Shown here: positions 34,759 to 42,025 of the stretch, piece after piece
How positions within the stretch are numbered: the stretch's first letter is position 1
Layout: every line of letters starts with the position of its first letter
NCBI GenBank assembly: GCA_045540515.1
Contig: JAZQHJ010000078.1
Span: 1 to 57,546 of the forward strand
Reading direction: 5' to 3'
DNA from: Eubacteriales bacterium
GTDB lineage: Bacteria; Bacillota; Clostridia; Oscillospirales; CAG-272
Length of the DNA stretch: 57,546 nt
Notes under the pieces: model-generated
Told to the model about the DNA's origin: nothing
What the model saw: only the letters and a program-made list of their open reading frames with translations
The model's database searches: none
Translations under genes and position numbers: made by a program

Positions 34759-35133
34759 ATGTTAGATTTTTTTATCAAATTTATATCGTATATTTCTACA
34801 TTATGTTTCATGTTTTTATTTGTCTTTCTGTGGTTTAAAATTGGCACTTGGCTTGCCTATCACATAAATAAAAAAGGTCCAAAATACCTGTATACATATT
34901 CATGTTTTTTAGACGACTTCGTAAACAGATTACCAAAGTTGATTCAACACATAATAACTATCGTTTTATTAATTAGTATTTCTTTAACTGTTGTCCGCCT
35001 TTTCTACACTAATAAAACACTATTCTTTATCATATCGACTTTAATACAACTTTTCGCACTAATCTCATTCTGTTGCGGCGACAATTCTCTATTTAATCTT
35101 ATTAAATCAAAATTTATCAATAAATCAAAATAA
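34759..35133 (+). CDS. 124-aa multi-TM membrane protein between repressor and integrase (superinfection-exclusion-type position)
   Basis: Three to four hydrophobic segments; co-oriented with the repressor, so likely expressed in the lysogen. Confidence 0.55.
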   Translation: MLDFFIKFISYISTLCFMFLFVFLWFKIGTWLAYHINKKGPKYLYTYSCFLDDFVNRLPKLIQHIITIVLLISISLTVVRLFYTNKTLFFIISTLIQLFALISFCCGDNSLFNLIKSKFINKSK

Positions 35134-35267
35134 AAAAACCGCCCTACCTGACTGGTCCTCAGATAGAGCGGCACATCACCACAGGGGGCAATGACACGAT
35201 ATTAGTGCAAGAAGATTGTATCATAAATCCCTGTGCCTTGCAATACAAAAAACAGGGGGGTATTTTT

Positions 35268-36314
35268 ATGGCAAAAGCTAAAAAGCTACCGAGCGGTAAT
35301 TGGCGAGTGCAGGTGTATAGTTTTACCGATACCGAAGGCAAACGCCACTACCATTCAATAACCGCCACAACTAAAAAGCAAGCTGAGTATGAAGCGGCAC
35401 AATATGCTCTAAATCGTCAGAAAGATATTACATATTCTAATTTAACCTTATCTGAAGCATATGCTCGATATATTGATAGCAAATCCAACGTGTTGTCACC
35501 ATCAACGGTAAGAGAATATACTCAAGCTATGCACAGAGACTTTCAACATCTAATGCCAATAAAATTATCAAAACTTACAGCTGAAATTATTCAAACAGCC
35601 ACAAACGAAGCCGCCGCTAAATATGCTCCTAAAACGGTTAGAAACAAGCACGGTTTACTTCATTCAGTATTAAAAGCATACAGACCCGACTTAGTTCTTA
35701 CAACTCACCTACCACAAAAGAAAAGACCAGAATACACCATTCCTACAACATCAGAAATACAACTTCTTTTAGACAACGCTAACGATAGAATTAAAGTTCC
35801 TATACTGCTCGCAAGCTCAGGGGGATTAAGGCGCTCAGAAATATGCGCTCTTACGCCCAACGACTTTAACGACTTCGGCGTAACCATAAATAAAGCTATG
35901 GTTAAAAATAAAGATGGTAAATTTGTTATTAAGCAACCAAAAACAAGTGCTGGATATAGATTTGTGCCGCTACCCAAAAACGTTATCAAAGAAGCACTCA
36001 ACTGGGAACTATTTGGTGAAAAGCCATACACAATACAAAAGCATTTTTCGATCCTTGTGAAAAAACTCAATATACCGCACACAACTTTTCATAAACTCCG
36101 TCATTATTTTGCATCAGAACTTCACGCTCAAGGTATACCGGATAAATATATTGCACAAATAGGCGGATGGGAATCCGTTGAAATATTACACCAAATATAC
36201 CAGCATACACTAAGAGATAAAGAAACCGAAATATCAAACAAAATTATAAATATTTTTGCAAATAACTTCAGTTCTAAAAATGATATCATTATATCAAAAA
36301 AGACCATTGTTTGA
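35268..36314 (+). CDS. int: Tyrosine integrase
   Basis: MAKAKKLPSGNWRVQVY N-terminus (SAM-like arm domain). The catalytic region contains SGGLRRSE, HKLRHYFAS and GGWESVEILHQIYQH. GGGGGG RBS before ATG 35268. Confidence 0.85.
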   Translation: MAKAKKLPSGNWRVQVYSFTDTEGKRHYHSITATTKKQAEYEAAQYALNRQKDITYSNLTLSEAYARYIDSKSNVLSPSTVREYTQAMHRDFQHLMPIKLSKLTAEIIQTATNEAAAKYAPKTVRNKHGLLHSVLKAYRPDLVLTTHLPQKKRPEYTIPTTSEIQLLLDNANDRIKVPILLASSGGLRRSEICALTPNDFNDFGVTINKAMVKNKDGKFVIKQPKTSAGYRFVPLPKNVIKEALNWELFGEKPYTIQKHFSILVKKLNIPHTTFHKLRHYFASELHAQGIPDKYIAQIGGWESVEILHQIYQHTLRDKETEISNKIINIFANNFSSKNDIIISKKTIV

Positions 36315-36315
36315 T

Positions 36316-36339
36316 AAAATATCACACAAAATATCACAC
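36316..36339 (+). repeat. Tandem 12-nt direct repeat AAAATATCACAC x2 (candidate integrase arm-type sites)
   Basis: Exact duplication immediately after the int stop and 45 nt before the tRNA fragment. Confidence 0.55.
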
Positions 36340-36384
36340 GACTTTTAAAAAACATAGTGTTTATGCGGGTTCAGGTCAATAAAC

Positions 36385-36414
36385 GTGCAGGTTCAAGTCC
36401 TGTCACCCGCACCA
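36385..36414 (+). other. tRNA 3'-end fragment (T-arm, acceptor 3' strand, discriminator A, CCA); not a complete tRNA
   Basis: GCAGG-TTCAAGT-CCTGT then CACCCGC-A-CCA. Sequence to the left does not fold into D or anticodon arms. Confidence 0.7.
36399..36414 (+). repeat. att core copy 1 (CCTGTCACCCGCACCA)
   Basis: Exact 16-nt direct repeat of 36591-36606. Confidence 0.8.
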
Positions 36415-36420
36415 AAATTT

Positions 36421-36457
36421 AAGGGTACATCATTGGTGTACCCTTTTAATTTTTTTA
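36421..36457 (+). terminator. Hairpin plus T-tract after the first tRNA fragment
   Basis: AAGGGTACA-tcattgg-TGTACCCTT followed by TTAATTTTTTT. Confidence 0.6.
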
Positions 36458-36590
36458 CACAAAATATACAGGACTTGAAGGCGAGCGTTAATAAATTGTC
36501 ATAGTATGACAATTTTAGAGAGAGCGATGATGAAACTTTTCTAAACTTCAATGAGGGTAAGACGAGGTAGCTTTTAATAAATATTAAGCA

Positions 36591-36606
36591 CCTGTCACCC
36601 GCACCA
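36591..36606 (+). repeat. att core copy 2 (CCTGTCACCCGCACCA)
   Basis: Exact repeat, followed directly by a strong terminator, as expected for the original 3' end of the host tRNA gene. Confidence 0.8.
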
Positions 36607-36641
36607 TCGTCGCAGACTCAAAAGGTCTGCGACGATTTTTT
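36607..36641 (+). terminator. Intrinsic terminator (likely the original tRNA terminator)
   Basis: TCGTCGCAGAC-tcaaaag-GTCTGCGACGA followed by T6. Confidence 0.8.
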
Positions 36642-36803
36642 ATTTTAAAAAAGTCGCACGACCTTAATGTCGCTCCTCCTCTCCCCAAAAATCAGGTTTT
36701 TCGAGGACTTTCTTTAGACATACCTCTTGATTTTTATATATAAATATACAAATCATAAACTCTTTTAGTAAAATAAAAAGCACAAATAAACGTACAAAAA
36801 ACC

Positions 36804-36830
36804 GACTCTGTATATACAGAGTCGTTTTTT
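36804..36830. terminator. Palindromic terminator downstream of the lipoprotein gene
   Basis: GACTCTGTATATACAGAGTC flanked by an A-run and a T-run. Confidence 0.7.
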
Positions 36831-36886
36831 TGCTTATACGATTAGGTGAATCCAATCATTTTCTTATTTGTTGTAACTTTGTCTTA

Positions 36887-38293
36887 TCAGAAGCCGTCTA
36901 CTGTAAACACAACAAGCTCTGTTGCAGATTTGTCTTCACGCTCTTCTGTCATAATTGTAATGATTCTACCATCAGATAGTAATGCAGAGTTACAGAACCA
37001 TGGATAATATGCACCAAACAGATCTTCGCCAGAAACCTCTGCAACAAACTTACCATCATTGTCCCATAGAATTACATCTCTCATATTTCCATCAAAGCCA
37101 ATGTAGCCATTGTCGCTTTGAGCGACAAATGTAATGCTACCCAGGCTTTCACCTTCAGCATCACTCAGAGTTTTCTGGAGCTTACCGTCTGCATCATATA
37201 CAAATACCTTGTGATTGCTGTCAGCGTCAGAGCCGCATACATATATATTGTTCTCATCAACATTGAGATGCATTATAGTCTCAACATCAGAGAAAACCAT
37301 CTCGGTTGATGTGTATGTGCTACCATTAAATGTAGTTTTCTTGCATTCTTTTGATGTGAAATAATCAATACCCCACTTGCCTGATGGATGCATAGCAAGG
37401 TCATAAATGTCCTCGTGTGTTGCAGATACAGTCTCGTTCTTAAGACAAATGATATCGTTCATTGAGCCGCTAAGCCACAGAGCACCATCGTCTGTTGCTT
37501 CAACACTTGTATAATCGTCTTCAGGTAACTCGATTGTATCAACAAATGTCAACTTGTTGTCAGAGAGTGTATACTTTCTGAGCTCGCCTTCAACGAGCAA
37601 ATATACTGTATCATCAACTGCAGCTACTGAGTGGTCAAATGTCTCAAAAGTTGAGATATACTCGTCAAGCTCAATCCATTTTGACTTTATAGTAAGAGAG
37701 CCAGCCTGAACGCTTGCATCGCTCGCTGAGAAAGGTGTGCCTTCCCACTCCCATGGACCGTCTTCGTTGCCTGTGTCCTCTACATTAATTTTAAGTCCTT
37801 TTAAGAGCTCTTCGATTCTGCTGTCTGCTGTATCCTGTGCATCAAAATCAAGGTTGACAGTTGCACCGGCGTTTTCTATACGATTGAAGTATAACAGTGT
37901 TTCTCCATCATCATATTTGAGCAAATTGACTCCACCAATAGAGGTTACTTCGTAAGCTTTGTTCTCGGCGTACTCGTACTGGTCAAATCCGTAATAAACC
38001 AAATCCTCACGGAAATCATACGGCTCATTTATTGATACTGAGATTTCTGCATTAATAAGGTAATATTCAGGGTCGTCAGGATCAGGTATCTGAAGAACTA
38101 CAGAACAATAATCTTCTTCGTTTTGTGTATCTTCTTCATAATATGTCCAAACACTTTCGTCATAATCAAGAGAGAACAATAATGTCTCAATAGATGCACC
38201 AGCGTTTGATGGGGCATCAGTATCGTTACCTCCACAAGCTACAAGTGACAGTAGCATAACAAAGGCAAGAATTATAGCAAAACACTTTTTCAT
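36887..38293 (-). CDS. Lipoprotein, 468 aa, function unknown
   Basis: Signal peptide with lipobox (MKKCFAIILAFVMLLSLVACGG); beta-rich acidic mature part. Confidence 0.7.
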   Translation of the reverse strand: MKKCFAIILAFVMLLSLVACGGNDTDAPSNAGASIETLLFSLDYDESVWTYYEEDTQNEEDYCSVVLQIPDPDDPEYYLINAEISVSINEPYDFREDLVYYGFDQYEYAENKAYEVTSIGGVNLLKYDDGETLLYFNRIENAGATVNLDFDAQDTADSRIEELLKGLKINVEDTGNEDGPWEWEGTPFSASDASVQAGSLTIKSKWIELDEYISTFETFDHSVAAVDDTVYLLVEGELRKYTLSDNKLTFVDTIELPEDDYTSVEATDDGALWLSGSMNDIICLKNETVSATHEDIYDLAMHPSGKWGIDYFTSKECKKTTFNGSTYTSTEMVFSDVETIMHLNVDENNIYVCGSDADSNHKVFVYDADGKLQKTLSDAEGESLGSITFVAQSDNGYIGFDGNMRDVILWDNDGKFVAEVSGEDLFGAYYPWFCNSALLSDGRIITIMTEEREDKSATELVVFTVDGF

Positions 38294-38313
38294 AATAACA
38301 TTCTCCTATCTTT

Positions 38314-38508
38314 TTATTTTGATTTTGGTGTTTTATCAACATTTTTGTAAAGAAAGGTGTCATAACTTCCCGTGACACCAAAACTTCCGGGACGGGTATA
38401 AACTGTGGCATTTTTCTGTTTTCTGACGGATTTGTTTTTTGAAGCGACAGAAAACATAACAATAAAACCTATCGCCATACCGATAATAATACAAATTGCA
38501 ATTCCCAC
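38314..38508 (-). CDS. 64-aa single-TM protein, last gene of the SPFH operon
   Basis: N-terminal TM (GIAICIIIGMAIGFIVMFSVA); 13-nt gap to the upstream gene. Confidence 0.5.
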   Translation of the reverse strand: MGIAICIIIGMAIGFIVMFSVASKNKSVRKQKNATVYTRPGSFGVTGSYDTFLYKNVDKTPKSK

Positions 38509-38521
38509 TTATGACACCTCC

Positions 38522-39592
38522 TTAAATTAAGCCAAACAGGAAGGCTAAGCCACACAAAACTGCAGACACTCCCACACCAAGCAACAATGAAGCTAAGACA
38601 ACAGCCTTATAATTTGTTGGTATGTTACCGACAAATTTGCCTGTCTGTCCGTTCATAGCAAAGGTGTATTTATTGCCGTTCCAGGTAGAGTTAAGTATCC
38701 AAACAGGATATAGTGCATATTTATAAAATCCGTTAGCTATATTTATGTTCACAATTCGGGAACTGATTGAGTTGTAGCCTTTGACTGTATTTTGCAGAGC
38801 ATCGCCTGCGCTTTCTCTGATACGCTCATTGGCTCTGTTCATACTCATTTCAGCTGTGACATCATATTTGTCTGCAAGGTAGCCTGCAAGGTAAGCGGTG
38901 TTGAAATCAACAGCCTGTGATAAATCAAAAGGTTCTACTGATTCCATAAGGTCATCAGGCATCTTTGTTGAACCATCAACAGGAACATTGTCAAAACTTA
39001 TGTTACCGCTTCTGAAAACATCATAATGAGATGTTTCTTTATAATCAAAGTTGTTATCAGACCATCGTCTTTCTTTTGTAGCTTTAAAACTTGCATTCGC
39101 AAAAGTGTCGCAAGTAAAAAGCCAATGCGGTACATATACACCCTTGATTTCCTCAATACGGTTATTATCAAGAAACGACTTAGGAACAAACTTTTTACTG
39201 GAGATGTGCTTTTTCAGCGCCTCTTTTGCAGCCTTTTTATCAAGCTTGAATGGTATAACCAAGTCCGGACGCAAATCACCTGAAAACTTAGATTTCATTA
39301 CAACAGGATTGTCACAGTAAGGGCATGTGGAAGCACCTGTAGTGCTATCTGCTATTATCTCACCACCGCAGGATTGGCACGAATAAACGTTCATAGAATC
39401 TGTTTCTCCTGCTCCCCACTCGTTTTCTTGTGAATTCCAATTTATAGAATCAGTCTCCTCAACGCTATCCTGTTGAAACTGATTAATCTCAAATTCCGTA
39501 TCGCAGTATGGGCATTTGAGCTTTTGTGCACCTGTATCAAACTGTACCCCGCCGCCACAGCAAGGACATTTTTGTTCTGAAATTGTTGGCAT
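38522..39592 (-). CDS. Double zinc-ribbon protein with a C-terminal TM anchor (YdjG-like architecture)
   Basis: CPCCGG...CPYCDTEF and CQSCGG...CPYCDN at the N-terminus; C-terminal hydrophobic helix VLASLLLGVGVSAVLCGLAFLFGLI. Confidence 0.65.
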   Translation of the reverse strand: MPTISEQKCPCCGGGVQFDTGAQKLKCPYCDTEFEINQFQQDSVEETDSINWNSQENEWGAGETDSMNVYSCQSCGGEIIADSTTGASTCPYCDNPVVMKSKFSGDLRPDLVIPFKLDKKAAKEALKKHISSKKFVPKSFLDNNRIEEIKGVYVPHWLFTCDTFANASFKATKERRWSDNNFDYKETSHYDVFRSGNISFDNVPVDGSTKMPDDLMESVEPFDLSQAVDFNTAYLAGYLADKYDVTAEMSMNRANERIRESAGDALQNTVKGYNSISSRIVNINIANGFYKYALYPVWILNSTWNGNKYTFAMNGQTGKFVGNIPTNYKAVVLASLLLGVGVSAVLCGLAFLFGLI

Positions 39593-39649
39593 AACTAATC
39601 ATCTCCTTTTTTAGAAATGTTTATATTATTCTTATTTTTCAGTTGCTTT

Positions 39650-40510
39650 TTATCCTCGTGGTGCACCGCAGGACTCACAGAATTTTCCTGCTTCATTTTT
39701 TGTGCCACAAGAGGTACAAAACCACGCCGGTGATACAGGAGCCTGCTGATTCATTGGCTGTCCATATGCAGGTTGCTGAGTATATCCCTGATTCATAGGC
39801 TGTGCATATCCCTGATTTATTGGCTGGTTATAGCCGTTATTCATCTGCTGATTATAACCATTTGCAGGCGCATAGCCATTGTTCATTGGCATACCGTTAT
39901 TCATACCCATATTGGCATTTTGCATAAGGTTGTTAGTAAGCTGCATAGCCATTTGCTGATATCTGTTGTACTCCATAGTACCCATACCATCAACACGGGA
40001 ACTATTCAATTTAACTTCGATTTCATCAAAGTAAGGATTGTTGACGTGGATTTCAACAATAAAATCATAATAGAAGTTATATCTTGGCGGATTGTAGCTT
40101 CTTCTCTCTCCATCACTGCCCTCCATATAAATTTCATCTCTGTCCTCATCAACCCTTAAATTACAACTGACAACACTTGAAATCGGAATAACATCAGGAT
40201 TTTCGTCTGACCAGCTACCAGGTGTGCGATACGATACAACAAAGTTGCCTTTCATTACATCGATATATACTTTTTCGTTGTCGCCGAAAGTCATAGTCGG
40301 TGCAAACATAGCAAGAACGCTTTTGTTCTGCTCTCTATATTCAAGTTGATTTTTTATATCTGAAATTGTTGATCTTCTTCTATCACTAAAATGAGGTGAG
40401 AGTTTCTTTGCACAATTCTTGCACATATTACCGTCTTCAAGTTTTCTATTACCTAAAAGACCGATTTTATCACCACAGATGTCACAAAATTTCTTATCAA
40501 AAAGTCCCAT
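39650..40510 (-). CDS. Zinc-ribbon protein with an internal Q/N-rich low-complexity region
   Basis: N-terminal CDICGDK...CKNC, a Q/N/G/Y/M repeat region (residues ~185-257), and C-terminal CTSCGT...CESCG. Confidence 0.65.
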   Translation of the reverse strand: MGLFDKKFCDICGDKIGLLGNRKLEDGNMCKNCAKKLSPHFSDRRRSTISDIKNQLEYREQNKSVLAMFAPTMTFGDNEKVYIDVMKGNFVVSYRTPGSWSDENPDVIPISSVVSCNLRVDEDRDEIYMEGSDGERRSYNPPRYNFYYDFIVEIHVNNPYFDEIEVKLNSSRVDGMGTMEYNRYQQMAMQLTNNLMQNANMGMNNGMPMNNGYAPANGYNQQMNNGYNQPINQGYAQPMNQGYTQQPAYGQPMNQQAPVSPAWFCTSCGTKNEAGKFCESCGAPRG

Positions 40511-40529
40511 TATATTTACCTCCTAAGAC

Positions 40530-41921
40530 TTATTTAGCATCGTTTTCATCAAAAATGTCACCACATTCAGGGCAGAATTTAGGTGGGTTGTGTGGGTCTG
40601 TAGGTTTCCAACCACATTTATCACACTGATAAAGTGGTGCACCTGCAGGTTTCTGACTGCCACAATTCTGACAGAACTTGCCCTTATTGACAGCGCCACA
40701 GGAGCAAGTCCAACCGTCTGCAGCAGGCTTTTGTGTGCCGCATTCAGGACAGAATTTTCCATTAGCTATTGCACCGCAAGAGCATCTCCAGGAGTCAGCC
40801 TCTGGCTTTGGCTGAGGTTTTTTTGAGCCACAATTAGGACAGAAGTTTCCTGAAACAACGTTTCCACAAGAACATTTCCAGCCATTTTGTGGTGCTTGTT
40901 GCTGTGGTGCTTGTTGCTGACCCATTGCATAAAGATTTTGTGCGTTCATCCCACCTGCGTTCATAGCCATACCAACGCCCATAAAGCCCGTCATAGCACC
41001 GGCTTCGTTTTTAGCGGCATCTTGCATAGCTTGTGCCTGTGCGCCAACAAGTGTTGCAGCAGCCATTGTAGGGTCACGCATAACAGCGTTTCTCTGTAGC
41101 TGTTTAATCATATCTTCGTCTTCTTTTGGCGCTGTGATAGAGTTAATTGCAACTGATACAACAGACAAGCCACGAAGATTGCCCCATTTTTCAGTGAGCA
41201 CTTCGTTCATTGCATCTGACAGCTCCATTGTGTGACCAGGCAAAGCACTGTAACGAATGCCCATATCAGAAATCTTAGCAAATGCAGGTTGTAAAGCATT
41301 CAAAAACTCAGATTTCAACTGAGTGTCGATTTCTTCTCTTGAATACTCAAACTCAACGTTTCCGCATACATTTGTGTAAAACAGCACAGGATCGCTAATT
41401 CTGTAGGAATATGTACCATTACAACGAACAGAAATATCAATATCGAGACCGATATTTTTATCAACTACTCTAAATGGTACAGGATTAGGTGTGCCGAACA
41501 TATTGCCGACAAGCTCTTTTGTATTGAAGTAATAAACTCTTTGGTCCTTGCCTGTATCTCCGCCATATGTAAAACGTTTGCCAAGTGTTTTGAATGATTC
41601 TTTTATACTGTCAGCGAGATTGCCTGAGAAAATGCTTGGCTCAGTAGATGCGTCATATGTAAACTCGCCCGCCTCAGCACAAACCTCAACGATTTTTCCC
41701 TGCTCAACAATAATCATACACTGACCATCAGCTACGGCGATACCCGAACCGTTTGAAATAATGTTGTCACTGCCCTTGGTATTTGAGGAACGTGAGCCAA
41801 CACGCTTTGTTCCCTTTACGACCATTACATCTTTTTCTATAGCATCACAATAGAAAAATTCTTTCCATTGGTCAGCAAGAACACCAGATAGTGCCCCCAC
41901 ACCTGCTCTAATAAGTCCCAT
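40530..41921 (-). CDS. SPFH/band-7-family protein (YdjI/COG4260-like) with four C-terminal zinc ribbons
   Basis: The N-terminal MGLIRAGVGALSGVLADQWKEFFYCD...SNGSGIAVADGQ pattern is typical of this family. Four ribbons span residues 348-455: three W(K/R/T)CSCG...FC(P/Q)(N/E)CG units plus one divergent YQCDKCG...FCPECG unit. Confidence 0.7.
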   Translation of the reverse strand: MGLIRAGVGALSGVLADQWKEFFYCDAIEKDVMVVKGTKRVGSRSSNTKGSDNIISNGSGIAVADGQCMIIVEQGKIVEVCAEAGEFTYDASTEPSIFSGNLADSIKESFKTLGKRFTYGGDTGKDQRVYYFNTKELVGNMFGTPNPVPFRVVDKNIGLDIDISVRCNGTYSYRISDPVLFYTNVCGNVEFEYSREEIDTQLKSEFLNALQPAFAKISDMGIRYSALPGHTMELSDAMNEVLTEKWGNLRGLSVVSVAINSITAPKEDEDMIKQLQRNAVMRDPTMAAATLVGAQAQAMQDAAKNEAGAMTGFMGVGMAMNAGGMNAQNLYAMGQQQAPQQQAPQNGWKCSCGNVVSGNFCPNCGSKKPQPKPEADSWRCSCGAIANGKFCPECGTQKPAADGWTCSCGAVNKGKFCQNCGSQKPAGAPLYQCDKCGWKPTDPHNPPKFCPECGDIFDENDAK

Positions 41922-42025
41922 AATAATATCACCTTTCCTAAAAAAATATATGAATTTTTACAGTTTCCTGTATTGTAACCGTTATGTATTTATAAAAATT
42001 TTTTAAATTTATTGATTATTTTAAA

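Larger units (their letters stand above)
1..36414. mobile_element. Integrated temperate phage (prophage), right-hand ~36 kb; left end lies beyond the window start
   Basis: Contiguous phage late and early operons (terS, terL, portal, capsid, fibre, SSB, nucleases). A divergent cro-like / LexA-type repressor pair and a tyrosine integrase end 70 nt before a tRNA 3'-end fragment with CCA (36385-36414). Host-type genes begin to the right. Confidence 0.85.

Noticed and set aside
36365-36414. Possible complete tRNA or tmRNA gene next to the integrase
   Set aside because: Only a T-arm, acceptor 3' strand and CCA are present (about 30 nt). The 50 nt upstream cannot form D or anticodon arms. The acceptor (GCGGGT../..ACCCGC) lacks the G3-U70 and GGGG 5' end of tmRNA. 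I interpret it as a displaced or duplicated tRNA 3' end at the att site.
1-36414. Genome-wide TAG (or other stop) recoding in the prophage
   Set aside because: Apart from the single TAG at 32192-32194, all phage genes have normal-length ORFs under the standard code, with tight start/stop overlaps. Nothing else requires read-through.
36664-36855. 63-aa minus-strand ORF between the att region and the lipoprotein gene
   Set aside because: It spans the palindromic terminator (36804-36830), has no RBS, and has an odd composition. The region is most likely intergenic.
38226-38462. 78-aa ORF overlapping the lipoprotein start and the 64-aa TM gene
   Set aside because: It is out of frame with, and overlaps, two genes that have clear signal or TM features and RBS spacing.
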